Source: Felis catus
Taxonomy: Eukaryota
Direction: 5' to 3'
Length of the DNA: 64,000 nt
Assembly: GCF_018350175.1 (NCBI RefSeq)
Contig: NC_058368.1
Coordinates: forward strand, 105,278,001-105,342,000
The position numbers and the translations under genes were made by a program. Numbering within the stretch: position 1 is the stretch's first letter; each line of letters opens with the position of its first letter. The notes under the pieces are model-generated. The model was not told the DNA's origin. It saw only the letters and a program-made list of their open reading frames with translations, and did no database searches. This document shows, one piece after another, positions 40,535 through 53,553 of this stretch.

Positions 40535-41020
40535 TGTGGTAGATGCTATTAGTCACCTGCATAAAAGACATTATTCGTCATCCTTCTTAATACAACTCCA
40601 ATTTTATTCATCATTTAGGCAGATAATGTACTTCAAGAAACATGTATGTTTATTAGTTTTAACCAATCATAGTCATTCTATTTCCTTGTCAAGGGATTCT
40701 TTAGGAATATGATATAACTATGGACTAAAGTGAATAAGGTAAATTCTGCTGACAGCATCATGGAAAGTTTAATACTTAAAAAGGGCAGACCAAGACTCCT
40801 TTCTCTTCCAACTTTTAGACAACATCCTGTGAAGAATATAGCCATCTTGCAAATAGGAAGGACAAACAAGAGAAGCCAACCTGGCTTTCCTGAGCCACAA
40901 AGTGAGCTAACCCTGCAATTCCGCAGATTTCACCTTACATGCAATAATAAACTCTCCATTGTCTAAGTTGGTGATAGTCACCTGATCTGTTACTTGGAGT
41001 TGAAATCACCCTGACTCATG
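40535..41020 (+). mobile_element. Old MLT1-type LTR
   Basis: Begins tgtggtagatgct; MLT1-like 3' end 'aataaactctccattgtctaag...tctgttacttggagttgaaatcaccctgact'. Confidence 0.55.
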
Positions 41021-41022
41021 TA

Positions 41023-41538
41023 CAGATGTTCCTTGGCTTATAATGGTATGATGTTCTGATAAATCCACTCTAAGTTAAAAACATTGTTAGTCAGAAATGC
41101 ATTTAATAGAACTCACCTACAGAATATCCATCATAGTTTATTTAGCCTAGCCAACCTTAAATGTGCTCAGAATACTTGCACTAGCCTACAACTGGGAAAC
41201 ATCATTTAACACAAGGACTACTTTATGACCAAGTTTGTAATATCTCATGTAATATATTAAATACTGTACTGAAAGTGAACAACAGAATGGCTACATGGGT
41301 AAAGAGTGATTGTAAACATATCAGATATTTACCTTCATGATTATGTGGCTCACAGGAAGCTATGACTCACAGTCCCTTGCCCAGTATCATGACAGAGTAT
41401 CATACTCCATATTGCTAGCCCCAGAAAAGATCAAAATTCAGAATTTGAACTATGGTTTCTACTGAATGTATATCACTTTCACACCATCATAAAGTCAAAA
41501 ACTGTAAAGGTGAGCCATTATAACTTGAGTACTATCTG
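41023..41538. mobile_element. Tigger5/MER47-family TcMar DNA transposon, both ends present
   Basis: TA-cagat...atctg-TA termini (TA TSD, inverted ends); internal 'tagcctagccaaccttaaatgtgctcagaatact...ggtttctactgaatg'. Confidence 0.88.
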
Positions 41539-41640
41539 TATTCATAATATAATATTAATTCCTTGAGTCTAATTCCTAGTAAAAATAATCTTGCATAATT
41601 GATTAAATCCAAACTTAGTCTTAAAAAGTAACAGATACTT

Positions 41641-41862
41641 GGGGCAACTGAGTGGCTCAGTCAGTTGAGCATACCACTTCGGCTCAGGTCATGATCTCAT
41701 GGTTCATGAGTTCAAGCCCCGCGTCGGGCTCTGTGCTGACAGCTTAGAGCCTGGAGCTTGCTTCTGATTCTGTGCCTTCCTCTCTCTCTCTCCGCCCCTG
41801 TTCATGTTCTGCCTCGCTCTGTTTCTCAAAAAATAAATAAACAGTGAAAAAAAATTAAAAGA
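41641..41862 (+). mobile_element. CanSINE
   Basis: 18-bp TSD aaaaagtaaca(g/a)atactt. Confidence 0.96.
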
Positions 41863-43167
41863 AAAAAGTAACAAATACTTTCACAATTTTGGGTATACTT
41901 TGCCACTTGAAGATTCACTTCAAGTGGTGTGAAGAAAAGAGCTAATTAGTTCACATTAAACAATTTAAATAATAATTAAATGACATATCTTAAGCTAGAG
42001 ACAAAATGAGAACTTACCCTGATGAAAATTAATGTGCCCCTAAGCTTTTATTTATCCAGGTGGTTAGAACCAGAAGACACTGGGAGGGCCATCTTGGAAA
42101 GTAGCCAGAATAAATGCCCACAAATCTTAATGGTAATCCTGCTGCCAGTTCCTAGCATTCCTATTATCTTAGCATTTTTCTGGATCAGAAATTAATAATA
42201 GATGGAAACAAAAATGAATGAGACACCCAGCCTATTGTTTTCTTATTTCAAAGCTAGGAATATTCCATAAACAACTGAGAAATGCTCAGAATATTTCCCA
42301 AAGGATAAGTTGTGACTCCAGACCTGGAGGAGATGCCAATAGGACAGGGCTTACATTGGGCTTGCATGGGTACCTGATGGTAAGGGTAGGTGGGTCGATG
42401 AGGACAAAAAGTGGCCAATGTATTTCATACCCATGACCTATCCATGAATTGTGGTGGTATTGGTTGTAATAATGAAAACCAGATATAAACATTTATTGCG
42501 CTTTGTGTGATTTGCTGAGCAAGTTCTTAGTAAAGTGACACAGTAGGTGCTATGTAAATGTTTATTTCCTTTCTCACTTACCTTTTCTCTCTCTTTCCCT
42601 CATTTCTTACAATTATGAAGGGGAGTGATATGGAAAGAGGAGACAAAGTGAAATCATAGTTATGTAAGTTATTTGACACCTCTAAAAATCATATATATTA
42701 TTTTTCAAATACTAATATATAATACATTTAAAAAATATTACAAAACTTTCCAGTATCAGAATAGAAGCATTTTGCTAAGAATTTCAATAGTTGCCTTGGC
42801 ATCTTTTTGTGCTTCTCTATAGTGCTTTCAGTTTAAGCCCACCCTGAAAATAACTCCTTTGCCATTAGCTTTGATAATGTTTTGAAGGCATATAAATTAT
42901 GTGATGAAAGAGGTAACTAGTGGGGGAAATATCTATGAAAATTAACATTTGTACCAAATATCAAAAGATTTCCTAATAAAGAAAAGTTTGTTTGAATTCC
43001 CTCATGGGGAATTTCTCCATCACTTTTGAATTATGTTTTGTAATTTGAAGATGAAATTACATCTTGACATTTCAAAAAATAAAATCAAGCTGATAAAATT
43101 GGAATGGCATTCCATTAGGAGGAATTGAAAGAACCTCGTTCCATACACTGTCATCAAGAATAGAGAT

Positions 43168-43221
43168 TTTTTTTAATGTTTATTCATTTTTGAGAGAGAG
43201 ACAGAGTGCCAAGGAGGGGGC

Positions 43222-43270
<49 letters not shown>

Positions 43271-43412
43271 AACCAAAGCAGGCTCCAGGTCCCAAGCTGC
43301 CAGTACAGAAATACCAGCACAAAGCCCAATGCAGGGCTCAAACCTATGAACTGTGAGATCATGACCTGAGCTGAAGGCAGATGCTTAATTGACTGAGCCA
43401 CCCAGGTGCCCC
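43168..43412 (-). mobile_element. CanSINE with (GA)n(GACA)n
   Basis: SINE, reverse complement, with a compound microsatellite at ~43222-43270. Confidence 0.94.
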
Positions 43413-43979
43413 AGGAACAGAGCTTTTTTATGCTTCTAATTTACCTTAGCAGAGACATCCCTGGGCATTCATCCTTCCCTGAGTCCATTTCTTACTGCTA
43501 TCTTCTTACTGTGAAATGTAAACCAAAGGCAAGTTACATAAAAGTAAAAAAACAATTAAAAAGAAGTTACACTTGTACAGGAGGTAAGATTGATAAGCAG
43601 TGCCTGTTTCTGTGAACTATTCCTCTCAAGGGTGCACTTTGATATTTTCCTACCCACTTCAACTCTGCCATTGCCTCTCATGCACTTCAACTAACTACAG
43701 GACTTCTTCTCTAAAACCCACATTTTTCCTGATCTCTTCTGAGCTGAACCTTGGAGATCCCAACAAGAGAAGTCCAAATTCTCAGGTGTGTCACTGTAAA
43801 GTCCATTTGTATCATCTGAAAAGTGAGTACCACCAACCGTTATTTCCTTATGGCCATCTATTATATTTCCATAAAGTGACTAACATGAAGAAATAATGGA
43901 GTCTAGGAAAGTTCTTCATAAAATAGTACTCTATGGAAATTAAGAACACAGTATTTGAATGACAAGTACAAGCTGAAGG

Positions 43980-44900
43980 ATGTTACAAGCGTATATTGCC
44001 TGATCTAATGGGTATGGAGACAATTAGACAAAGTTAAGAGCTATTTAGACATATGAATCAAGAGGACTTAGTGACAAGAGAGATGGAAGAGGATAAGAGT
44101 AAGGGAGAAATCCAAAATAATGCTCAGATTTCTGATTTTAGTGGAAGATGTGTGATGTTGCCATTTTACTCAGGGAATACAGAAAGGAAATTAATTTTGG
44201 AAGTTACATAATGAGTTCAATGGAGGGAGCCCCAGGTTCAGAGCTCAGGTCTCACCTCGTGTTGTAAACTGGGGCAGCATTCACGCAAATAGATTGCAAC
44301 CAAGGCCACAGAGAACACCCACAGAGAGTAAGAATAAAGCTTAAGACCAAGAGTTCAAGGATCTCCAAGCAGTAATTACTCTGAAGAGGAACCCACAAAA
44401 TGAGACTAAAGGAGTAGCCAGAAAGTTTGGAGGAAAACAGAGTGTCCTATTACAGAAGTCAAGGGAACAGTGTTATGGGAGCCTGTCAACAATTGCAAAT
44501 GTTCAGAGGCCATTCAAGATGGACATTAAAGCAAGTCCGATGGATTCTGTAACACCAGTAGGCTCAGCAAGGCCAAAGTGAATAATGTAATGGAAAACAA
44601 AAGCTAGAGTGCACTGGGTTAACAATGAGAAAGGTATGCGGAAAGGGAGTCAGAGTATAGACAACTCTCTGACAGTAAAGGGGACAATAGTGATAGAGCA
44701 ATAGATGAAAGGGCATTAAGCACTGAAAGGGTTTTATTTCCTTTTTAAGATGGTACCAAATGAGTACATTTAAGCGATAATGGCTTGGAGCCAGTAGGAA
44801 GGTTGACATTTGTAAGGAAGAGAGAATAACAATGGTATAGGATTCCAGAGGATGCAAGAAGGTCTGGAATCCAGAACTCTCTGGGTGTTTGGACACCTTC
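43980..44900 (-). mobile_element. Degraded L2
   Basis: Purine-rich antisense L2 motifs 'gagactaaaggagtagccagaaag', 'agaagtcaaggg', 'agtatagacaactct'. Confidence 0.6.
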
Positions 44901-45016
44901 AGTTGCCCTTTGTGGACATCCAAGTCTTTGGTGACTTTACACCTCAATGAGCTTTCTGGGAATCCTATAATGGATAGATTTTTCTCATTACTCAGATACT
45001 TGTTAGTTTTCCCTTC

Positions 45017-45525
45017 TATATTTGCTTCCTATTACTGCTGTAACAAACTACCACAAGTTTAGTGTCTTATAACAACACAAGTTTATTATTTTATAATTCT
45101 GGAGATCACAAGTCCAAAACAGATGTTACTAGGTTAAAATCAAGGCATCAACAGACTGTGTTCCTTACAGCAGCTCTCAGGTAGAACCTGTTTCTTTGCC
45201 TTTTCCAGCTTCTATAGGCCACTTGCATCCCTTAGCATGTGGTTCCTTTCTCTGTCTTCAAAGTCAGCAGTAACATCTTCAGGAATTTCTTTGTCTCTGA
45301 CTTTCTACCTCCTTCCTCTAAGGAACTTTGTGATTATGTAAAATCCTCCCAGATAATCTAGAATAATTTTCCCATCTCAAAATCTTTGACTTATACACAT
45401 CTGTAAAGTCCCTTTTGTCATGTAAGATAGCATATTCACAGTTTGGGGGACATCTTTGGGGTCACTTATTCTGTATAACTTTGTGGACACCTTTGTTGGG
45501 GGGAGGGCACTATTCTGTCTACCAT
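45017..45525 (-). mobile_element. MLT1C/D-like solo LTR
   Basis: 'ctgctgtaacaaactaccacaagtttagtgtcttataacaacac...ccttttccagcttcta...ataattttcccatctcaa'. Confidence 0.88.
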
Positions 45526-45839
45526 ACCTCCCTATTTCTAAAGTACTCTGACAAGCTTGCTGAGAATTATGGATGGAGCCCTCAGAGCTTCCTCTGGTTG
45601 ATGCTTTACATAATTAAAAATCTCAGTAATTAAACTCATCAATGTCATTCTCTAATGAAGGAACATTCACTGCTTGGAGAACTATTCTGCATGATGTAAA
45701 GATTCAACCTGGCCAGTACCAGCAGCAGGTGATTTTATCATTTTTAGTGTTCCAGGGTGAAATAAATCAACAATTTAAATCAATCCTGTGTGATCCTTCA
45801 ACTGGTATTTTTTAAGGGGGAAAAAAAAACTATCCTGAC

Positions 45840-46222
45840 ATTTGTTAAAAAAAAATAAGGAAGACTTTATTGAGGACTACTGAAATTAGTGTTGAGAATA
45901 ACACAATAGGAGGAGAGAGGATGCTGAATATGACAAGCACAAGTTAGGATTTATAGCAGAGGGGTGGCATGGTGTTGAGAGGAAATGAATGTGAGGGAAG
46001 GCAGGCCAAGGCGATGGGATGTCACCTGGGCTGTGGTGAAGGATGAGGAATTTGATCAGATATGGAGGATGATCAGACACAAAGGGTGGGGATTCTCGAT
46101 AAAGTGATTTAGCAGAATTCTCTCTGCCACCGGCTCTTGAAGACAAGGTTTAAGGATGAGGAATAATAGAGAAAAGGGATCAGAAGAACCTAAACAAAGT
46201 TTGGTCAATAGAGTCTTTGTCA
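45840..46222 (-). mobile_element. ERV1 solo LTR, MER31-like
   Basis: Ends 'caaagtttggtcaatagagtctttgtca'; polyA signal (tttatt) at ~45866. Confidence 0.6.
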
Positions 46223-47911
46223 CTATAGTATTTTTTGCAATTTATTACCTCTTAAGCATACATTTCTTATCTTCATCCAACAAGGGCTGAGTCTAGATCT
46301 AGGAGGCTGGTAAAATTCAGTGATGCAATTATGATCATTCCAGGGCTAATAAAAAGGAAGAAAATGAGGGCCACAATAAAACTTAAGGAAGAGAAGAAGC
46401 CATTATGTTATGAGGTCTAGCTGCCATGTTACTCAAAATTTTACAGAAAAATGACTGCATCCAAGTGTCCTTTTGTGAGGGACATTTAATGGCACCGTCA
46501 ACTCTATCAAAATGACTTGCACCTCCTGTCCACAAAACCCATTCTTCTGCATAGTTTATACAAGCAAAATCCTGATCTGCAGAAATGAAGAATTATTTAT
46601 CCTTTTTCCATAAAAAATCACCAATTTTTATTGTCATTTTCCAAGAATAATACTGCCAATACTATCCTTACTATGTCACTATATAATTTCTAAAACCATG
46701 CAATACTAGAAACTATAACAAAGAACTATTTGAAAATCAATATAAACTACTAAATTGGCATTCTACATTCTATAGAATTAGCCTCATATAACCTCTGTGC
46801 ATCAAGAAGAAAAGTAGGGAAGAGTCTCACTGTTAGACCCTAGTGCAACAATGTAGTCCAAATGATATATAATCATCTTTACACTGATTCCTCCAATTAA
46901 CTTCGAGTCCATACTGATTATCCTGCAGATAAGCACAGAAATAGTCCTTCAAATATTATCTCTTCTTTTTCTTCTTTTCTCATACTCTCCTACATATCTC
47001 CCTCCTGTGAATTTCCTTTTCTCCTACCAGGATCCATTTTCACTTTTGGGCCTCTAGCCAGGCTGCCGGTCATTGTGCTTAACCCACTATCCTCTTCAAA
47101 GGAGGCAGATTTATAGGAGGGAACTTCAGATCCTACTTGTAGGAAAAGGTAAAAGAGGTTCCAAAAAAAACCTTCCTTCTACTTAGATTGACTATCTGTT
47201 GGCATAACTCACATGCATTGTGATGCTAACAGTGTTTCTGTTGTTTCCCCAATCGTGTTGAAGAACTCCTTCTTGTAGAATAATCTGGTATGATCTGAGA
47301 CCCTGAAGAGGGTGGGAAGGCAACCTGCCCTGAAAGGCAGCAATGGACTAAGTTGTCCTACACTGTCCTCCCTTTAACCGGATATAACAATTTACCCTAG
47401 TGGTATAGACGGAAAATGAGACACAGAGCGGCACTATGCCTACCATCCAACATCTGGCCACTGGGTGTTTCCCCCATCTCCCATCACGTAGCAGCCTATG
47501 TTCATTTTGTGGCATCATCTTTGAGATGTCCTCACTTGCCTTTCCACACCAACAAGTTCCTCCCACCTCCCAAGCTAGTACCTTCATATCTCTCTAAGTC
47601 TTCTTGGGCATTATCAATTGACTCCATCAAGTTCCAAGAAGAAAATCCTGGATTCAGATCTAGAGAAGGGGATTTTGCTTGCCCCCCTCTGTGGTGGTTG
47701 CAAATGTTAAACTCTTAAGAAAGTTTGTGACTCACTTTATTTGCCCCCAAGGGAAGATCTCTCAAGCAGAGAAATCTCCTACGAGAGACTTTTCCTTTCC
47801 AGGTCAATTTTTGAAGAAATACATCCATCTATCCACTGAGAAACAGAAACAAAAGCAAAAACAAATACAAACAAACTTCCAAACATTCATCATTTTCTCT
47901 GGATTCTGGAG

Positions 47912-48095
47912 ATGACTCAGCCAAGTGAGAATTGGCAAGATGTTGCTGAGATTTAAGCAAATTGTGGGGGGAGGGAGGGGAGGACCACGGATACAGCCTG
48001 TCAGCTGGTAACATTCACAGGCAGAGCCTTGTCAGGTAACAAGGGAGAGGCAGTGAGAGTATAAAAGATGTGATTGCTCTTCTGTTGTGTGTACT
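47912..48095 (+). promoter_or_regulatory. Candidate intronic promoter/enhancer (AP-1/ARE motif, G-rich box, TATA)
   Basis: ATGACTCAGC at 47912-47921, ggggagggaggggagg at ~47967-47983, TATAAAAG at 48060-48067; motif evidence only. Confidence 0.3.
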
Positions 48096-48199
48096 GCAAC
48101 CTTGTCAAGAAGAGGCATGCCTGGGAGATTTCCGACTTACCTTTTAGGATTTAGCCAAAAATTTAGTTTGCCATGCCTATTACAGGTCAGCAGAAATTC

Positions 48200-48360
48200 A
48201 ACTGTCAAAACCTGGCCGATCATCAGAATCACCTAGGGCGCCCTGTAAAGCCACAGATTCCCAGACACCCTCCTAGATTTGCTCAAGCAGAATTTCAGCA
48301 GTGAGACTTTGGCTTCTCTGTATTGATGCAAGTCCCTAGGTGCCAGCATGGAGAACCATT
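48200..48360. mobile_element. MER5-like MITE
   Basis: 'catcagaatcacctaggg...cagattccc...ggagaacca'. Confidence 0.65.
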
Positions 48361-48637
48361 TTTATAGCTCATAGAAGCTAAGTCACAGATCTGGAAGAGA
48401 TCTATTCTAACTTTTCCAACTTTCTATGTAAACAAAAACTTAAATTCATAGATGTTAAGTGCAATGTTGTCCAATCACAAAAGTTTATTATCTGGGGAAA
48501 ATGCAGGTGTGAAAATCTTTGTGCGAAGAAAATAGGTACCTGGGGAGGAAATCTAGGAACCATCCTAGTGATGCACCAGTGGAAACATTTGGACTGGCCA
48601 TTCCTACAATGGTTTTGTATCATATATACACTTAACT

Positions 48638-49270
48638 TTCATTCATTTATTCACTTAACAAATGACCTAACACATGTGCCAGGCACTGCTTTAGGTACAG
48701 AAATTACAGTAATAAACAAAGCAGTCAAAGAATTCTGCCTTCATGGAGCTCTTGTTCTCGTGAGGTAGGGAGACACTACCAAGAAGATAAAAATGAAACA
48801 GATATAGCATGTCAGAAAAAAACAAAGCAGGGAACAGGGATTTGACTTGTCCAGTACTGGGGGCTGGGTGGAAATTAGGCTTTATTGGGTGAAGTTGACT
48901 TTGGAGAAGAGAGACTGGAAGGAATTGAGGAAGCTAGTCATGTATGCATCAAAGGTACAATTATCCAGACTGAGGAAATAGCAAATATAAAGGCCCTGTG
49001 TAGAAACATGCCTGGTCTATTAGGAACGATGAAAGGAAGGACAGATGTGTCAGTGAGGCAAAAGAGGACCAGATTATATAGTGTATAAGCAGGTGGGTTT
49101 TGAGTCTGTATGAGATGAAAAATCATTGGAAGATTTTAGACAAAAGACTATTAAGACCCACCTTGTATTTCAATGAGACCTCTCTGAGCAGAGAAGAAAC
49201 CAAATTGAAAGGGCAAGTAGCAGAGGCAGTCTGACCAGACATAAAGCTATTGCAATACTTAAACTGTAGT
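48638..49270 (-). mobile_element. L2 3' end
   Basis: 'ttcattcatttattca...atgtgccaggcactg...ctgccttcatggagct'. Confidence 0.8.
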
Positions 49271-49324
49271 ACATGGTGCTGGGCAAGAGAGAATTAACCA
49301 TTTCAGTAAACACTAAGATGGGCA

Positions 49325-49401
49325 GGGGTGCCTGGGTGGCTCAGTTGGTTAAGCATCTGACTCTTGATTTAGGCTCAGATCATGATCTCATGTATAAATA
49401 A
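49325..49401 (+). mobile_element. CanSINE head-only copy
   Basis: tRNA-like head joined to ataaataaaaa; flanks aaacactaaga / aaacactgaaga. Confidence 0.85.
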
Positions 49402-49446
49402 AAACACTGAAGAGAGGAAACTTCAAGTAGTAAGACTAACCTGATT

Positions 49447-49620
49447 TATTTTTTATTTTAGAGAGAAAGAGAAAGCATGCAAGCAGGGGAGAGGGACAGA
49501 GGGGAGAGCTAGAATCCCAAGCAGTCTTCACTCTGATGCAGGGCTTGTTCCCAGGACCCTGGGATCATGACCTGAAATCAAGAGTTGGATGCTTAATCGA
49601 CTGGGCCACCCAGGTGCCCC
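49447..49620 (-). mobile_element. CanSINE
   Basis: TSD aagactaa(c/t)ctgattt. Confidence 0.94.
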
Positions 49621-50367
49621 AAGACTAATCTGATTTTTAAGACATAAAAACATGTGCTGTAAGAATGCAAAAAAAAAAAAAAAAAAAGGTGGCGGGAATC
49701 CTTTATTTTAGAGACTTACTATTCTCAGATGATAACTGTGAACATCTACAGAAGGACAGAAAACTATGAAGGTTATTGTTGAAGTTTTGTTTATTATTCA
49801 AGTAATGATAGAAATATATTTACAAGGATGAGCCAGTTTGCAAGTCCAAGTATGGCAGTAGATGAAACTGGACTCCCGTGTGGTTACTGAGAAATATATA
49901 CAGCTTCCAAAACCACATGAAGGTGAGTCAGAGTGATGGGCATTCGTACAGAGGAGGAAGCTGACATAGTCTTTTAGGCCAAACAGTAATCCTGGGTGGC
50001 TCTGATGAAATAAGGTATTTAATCACCTCACTGGGAAGAGTCTCTCTTATTGAGTAAATACTTGGCAGCTTTGGTCATTAGCTTGAAAAGCAGAGAGAAA
50101 AGTAAACGTTCACGTGGTAGTATCCAGCGGAGATGTTTGTTTAGCTAAATCCTGAATGTCCTTTTGGGCCTAACTCCTAGCCGCCTCTCCCCTACCCAGC
50201 CGTGGAATGGTGATTACAGGAGTCAACAACACATCTGACTCATTCTCTATGTGCAGGGTCCCAGAGACTAATTACAGGTGAATTAATGTTTAAAATGACC
50301 ATGGGTACCCGACCAGGGAGAAATGTGCTTCCCATTGTTCGAGGCATGTGAAGCAGAAACCAGATCA

Positions 50368-50550
50368 GGGGTGCCTAGGTGGTTCAGTCAGTTGAGCGTC
50401 TGACTCTTGATTTTGGGTTAGGTAATGGTCTCACGGTTTGTGAGATCGAGCCCTACATCAGACTCTGTGCTAACAGCACCGACCCTGCTTGGGATTCTCT
50501 CTCACTCTCTTTCTCTGTCTCAAAATAAATAAAGAAAAGAAAAAGAAAAA
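50368..50550 (+). mobile_element. CanSINE
   Basis: TSD agaaac(c/t)agatca. Confidence 0.94.
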
Positions 50551-51151
50551 AGAAACTAGATCAGTGGTTCTTAGCATTTCTGTGTTCATTGAATGCTTTT
50601 GAGCAGTGGCATTAGCAAAGGGATCGAAAGGCGAACATCCCTTTTTAGATACAAGTATTTAGAAAATCTAAAAACAGCCTCCCAGACATTCACTGGGTCA
50701 ACCTTCAATAATTTATCACTGTTGACATGAGACTATTAACTTCCCAGACGCACGAAGCCACGTTTTCACATGATGGAGGTCTTCTATCCTAGCGTTACAC
50801 CCCATGTCCTTTGTCTAATTAATGAGCTGTATCCTGTTCTCTCCAGTCTGTCCATTACAGCTTTCTACCCACCAGATATTTCTCTACCAACGTGCAGCTG
50901 CACTGAAGGTAAAATGCAAACTTTGCTCATTGATTACAAGTGGCAGCTGACCTACAAAGAACTTGAGGGACCCCAATGCCTGAGAGCCACTCCCTTAGAA
51001 AAGCATAAATTAGGGATAATGCAGATATAATTCCTACACAGGTGAGATCGGATGGACCCAAAATACACATTCTAAGAGAAGTCTAAGTTTCTAAGCTACT
51101 CAAACTACAGAATTAATACCTCTGCTGTTATCTACTTAGTTATTAGCATTT

Positions 51152-51374
51152 AAAAAAATTTTTTTAATGTTTATTTATTTTTGAGAGCAAAGAGACAGAG
51201 TGTGAGTGGGGGAGGGGCAGAGAGAGGGAGGGAAACCCAGAATCCCAAGCAGGCTCCAGGCTCCGAGCTGTCATGTCAGCACAGATCCTGACGTGGGGCT
51301 CGAACCCATGAACAGTGAGATCATGACCTGAGCCAAAGTCAGATGCTTAACTGACTGAGCCAACCAGGCGCCCC
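51152..51374 (-). mobile_element. CanSINE
   Basis: TSD tagttattag(c/t)attt. Confidence 0.95.
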
Positions 51375-51535
51375 TAGTTATTAGTATTTTTGACATAACT
51401 TGTCATGGGGCACTTTGCTAAGAGCATGAAAATTTTAAGGGTATTAAAAAGGAGAAGTTGGAAATAGCCAAAGGCAAGTGTCACATTTTCTTCTGGGCCT
51501 TTTGTCTTTTCAAGGCTACGTGGAAAAGTGAACAT

Positions 51536-51840
51536 ATATATGTGGAATTTAAGAAACAAAACAGATCCACACAGGGGAAAGAATGGAAAAATAAGATAAC
51601 AACACAGAGGGAGGCAAACCATTACAGACTCTTAAGTACAGAGAACAAACTGAGGGTTGCTGGAGGGGAGGTAGGTGGGGGGATGGGCTAAATGGGTGAT
51701 GGGCATGAAGGAGGGCACTTGTTGGGATGAGCACTGGGTGTCACACCTAAGTGATGAATCCGTAAATTCTACTCCTGAAACCATTACTCCACTCTATCTT
51801 AACTAGCTTGGATTTATATCAAATTTAAAAAAAAAAAGAA
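51536..51840 (+). mobile_element. 5'-truncated carnivore L1 3'UTR (older subfamily)
   Basis: 'atgtggaatttaagaaacaaaacaga...gagaacaaactgagggttgctggagg...ggagggcacttgttgggatgagcactggg' followed by an A-tail. Confidence 0.9.
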
Positions 51841-52624
51841 AAAATAGTGAGCACAGTCTGCCCCAGCTCAGCAAAGAATGCTCCTGTTGTCGGTCTTCTT
51901 TCTGAACCTTTTTAAGCACGCATAACTGTCACCATCTTTTCTCTGGCCTCCTCTTTGCCATGACCCTAAGCCATCATCCTCATTCACACTTATTTTAAGT
52001 TGAAGCAGAAAAACGGGAAATCATGAAAAATGGCATGTGCTGGTAAAAACCTCTACAACTATAGCAATTATGATTTCATACCCTGACTGTGGCTAATCAG
52101 GTTTGCTCCCTCCCTTTGGCAGAAGAATTTCTCTTTGCTCTCTGTCTCATGGAGCCCTTGGGTATGGGGATAAACCTTCAATTATCTGGTCAGGTGACAG
52201 AACCTTCCATGCTTCAGGCAGACCCAACCTTGGCAAGACTATCTGATCTGCTAGTGAAAATCTAGGAAAGACCACCAGTGTTCGAGATGTGGGGACGTGT
52301 AGAGCTGTGGGGAGCTTTCAGATAAGGGAGCCTGGACTCCAGGAGAACAGAGCAGGTCAGATCATGCAAAGGTTAGTGGTGGACTCTGGACAAATCACTG
52401 GGTGGCCTTGGACTATTTCCACTACAAATAGGATGTGAGACTCCTGGAGTCCCCCACTTCACTGAAGAGGTTTTAAACACTTTTGTGATTTGTAATGTGT
52501 TTAGAAATGGAACAAAAATATTTTTATTCTATGTGTGAAGAGGTCATTAAATGATAAAATACTGAATGGTAAAATACAGCTGTATGAGAAATTCCCTTCT
52601 TGGTATATATACTCACCCCCATCC

Positions 52625-53057
52625 CAGTTTTATTGAGATATAATTGACATAGAATATTGTGTAGTTTAAAATGTACCATGTGTTCACTGGATACATGTGT
52701 ATTTTGCAAAATGACTGCCACCATAGTGTTAGCTAAGGACACCAACCCATCACATAATTACCATTTCCATTGTGTGGAGTGAATATTTGAGATCTATTCT
52801 CCCAGCAGCTTTCAAGTATGCCATACTGTATTATTAATTATAATCATTACACAACACAATAGATACTCAGAAGCTTCTAACTAGAAATTTGCACACTTTA
52901 ACCAACACCTCTCCATTTCCTCCACTCCCCATCCTGTTAGTAACCCCCGCTCAATTTTTTTCTATGAGTTCAGCTCTTATGTACATTATTCTTGGTAAAA
53001 TATGTCAGATAGAGAAAGGCAAATACTACGTGATATCACTTAAATGTGGAATCTAAA
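52625..53057 (-). mobile_element. Old L1 (L1MA9-like) 3' end with a 5' inversion
   Basis: Antisense L1M 3' end at 52625-52978, then sense-strand 'acattatt...aaatactacgtgatatcacttaaatgtggaatctaaa' at 52983-53057. Confidence 0.8.
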
Positions 53058-53182
53058 GGAGCTGGTGTATATATGTACTTTGGCTTATCTCCTTATCGGC
53101 ATTTTCACGTAATGCATGAAAACAATACAGAGGGAATCAAAGCCCTCAGGTTCTCTCTCTTTTTTCGGTTGTCTTTTCTCTG

Positions 53183-53553
53183 TGCTACAGTATGAATTGT
53201 ATCCCCAACAAAATTCCTAAGTCGAAGCCCTAACCTCAATGTAATAGGATTTGGAGATATGGTGCCTTTGGGAGTAAATAGGTTTCAATGAGGTCATAAG
53301 GGTGGGGTCATGAGATTAGTGCCTTTAAAAGAAAAGATCAGAGTGCTTGTGGTCTCTCTCAGTACCAAGTGAGAACACAGTGGGAAGGTGGCTCTCTGTA
53401 AACCAGGCAGAGTTCTCACCAGAACCCAACAATGCTGGCACCCTGATCTCAAACCGGCAGCCTCCAGAACTGTGAGAAAATAAATCTCTGTCATTTAAGC
53501 CACCAAGTCAATGGTGTGGTTCTGTGTTATGGCAGCCTAGGCTGACCAAGACA
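53183..53553 (+). mobile_element. MLT1A-like solo LTR, complete
   Basis: TG...CA termini (tgctac...aagaca), internal aataaa, near-TSD ctctg/ccctg. Confidence 0.9.

Noticed and set aside
50770..51030. 86-aa ORF as an additional exon
   Set aside because: No recognisable homology, no coding-like composition and no matching splice-site pair
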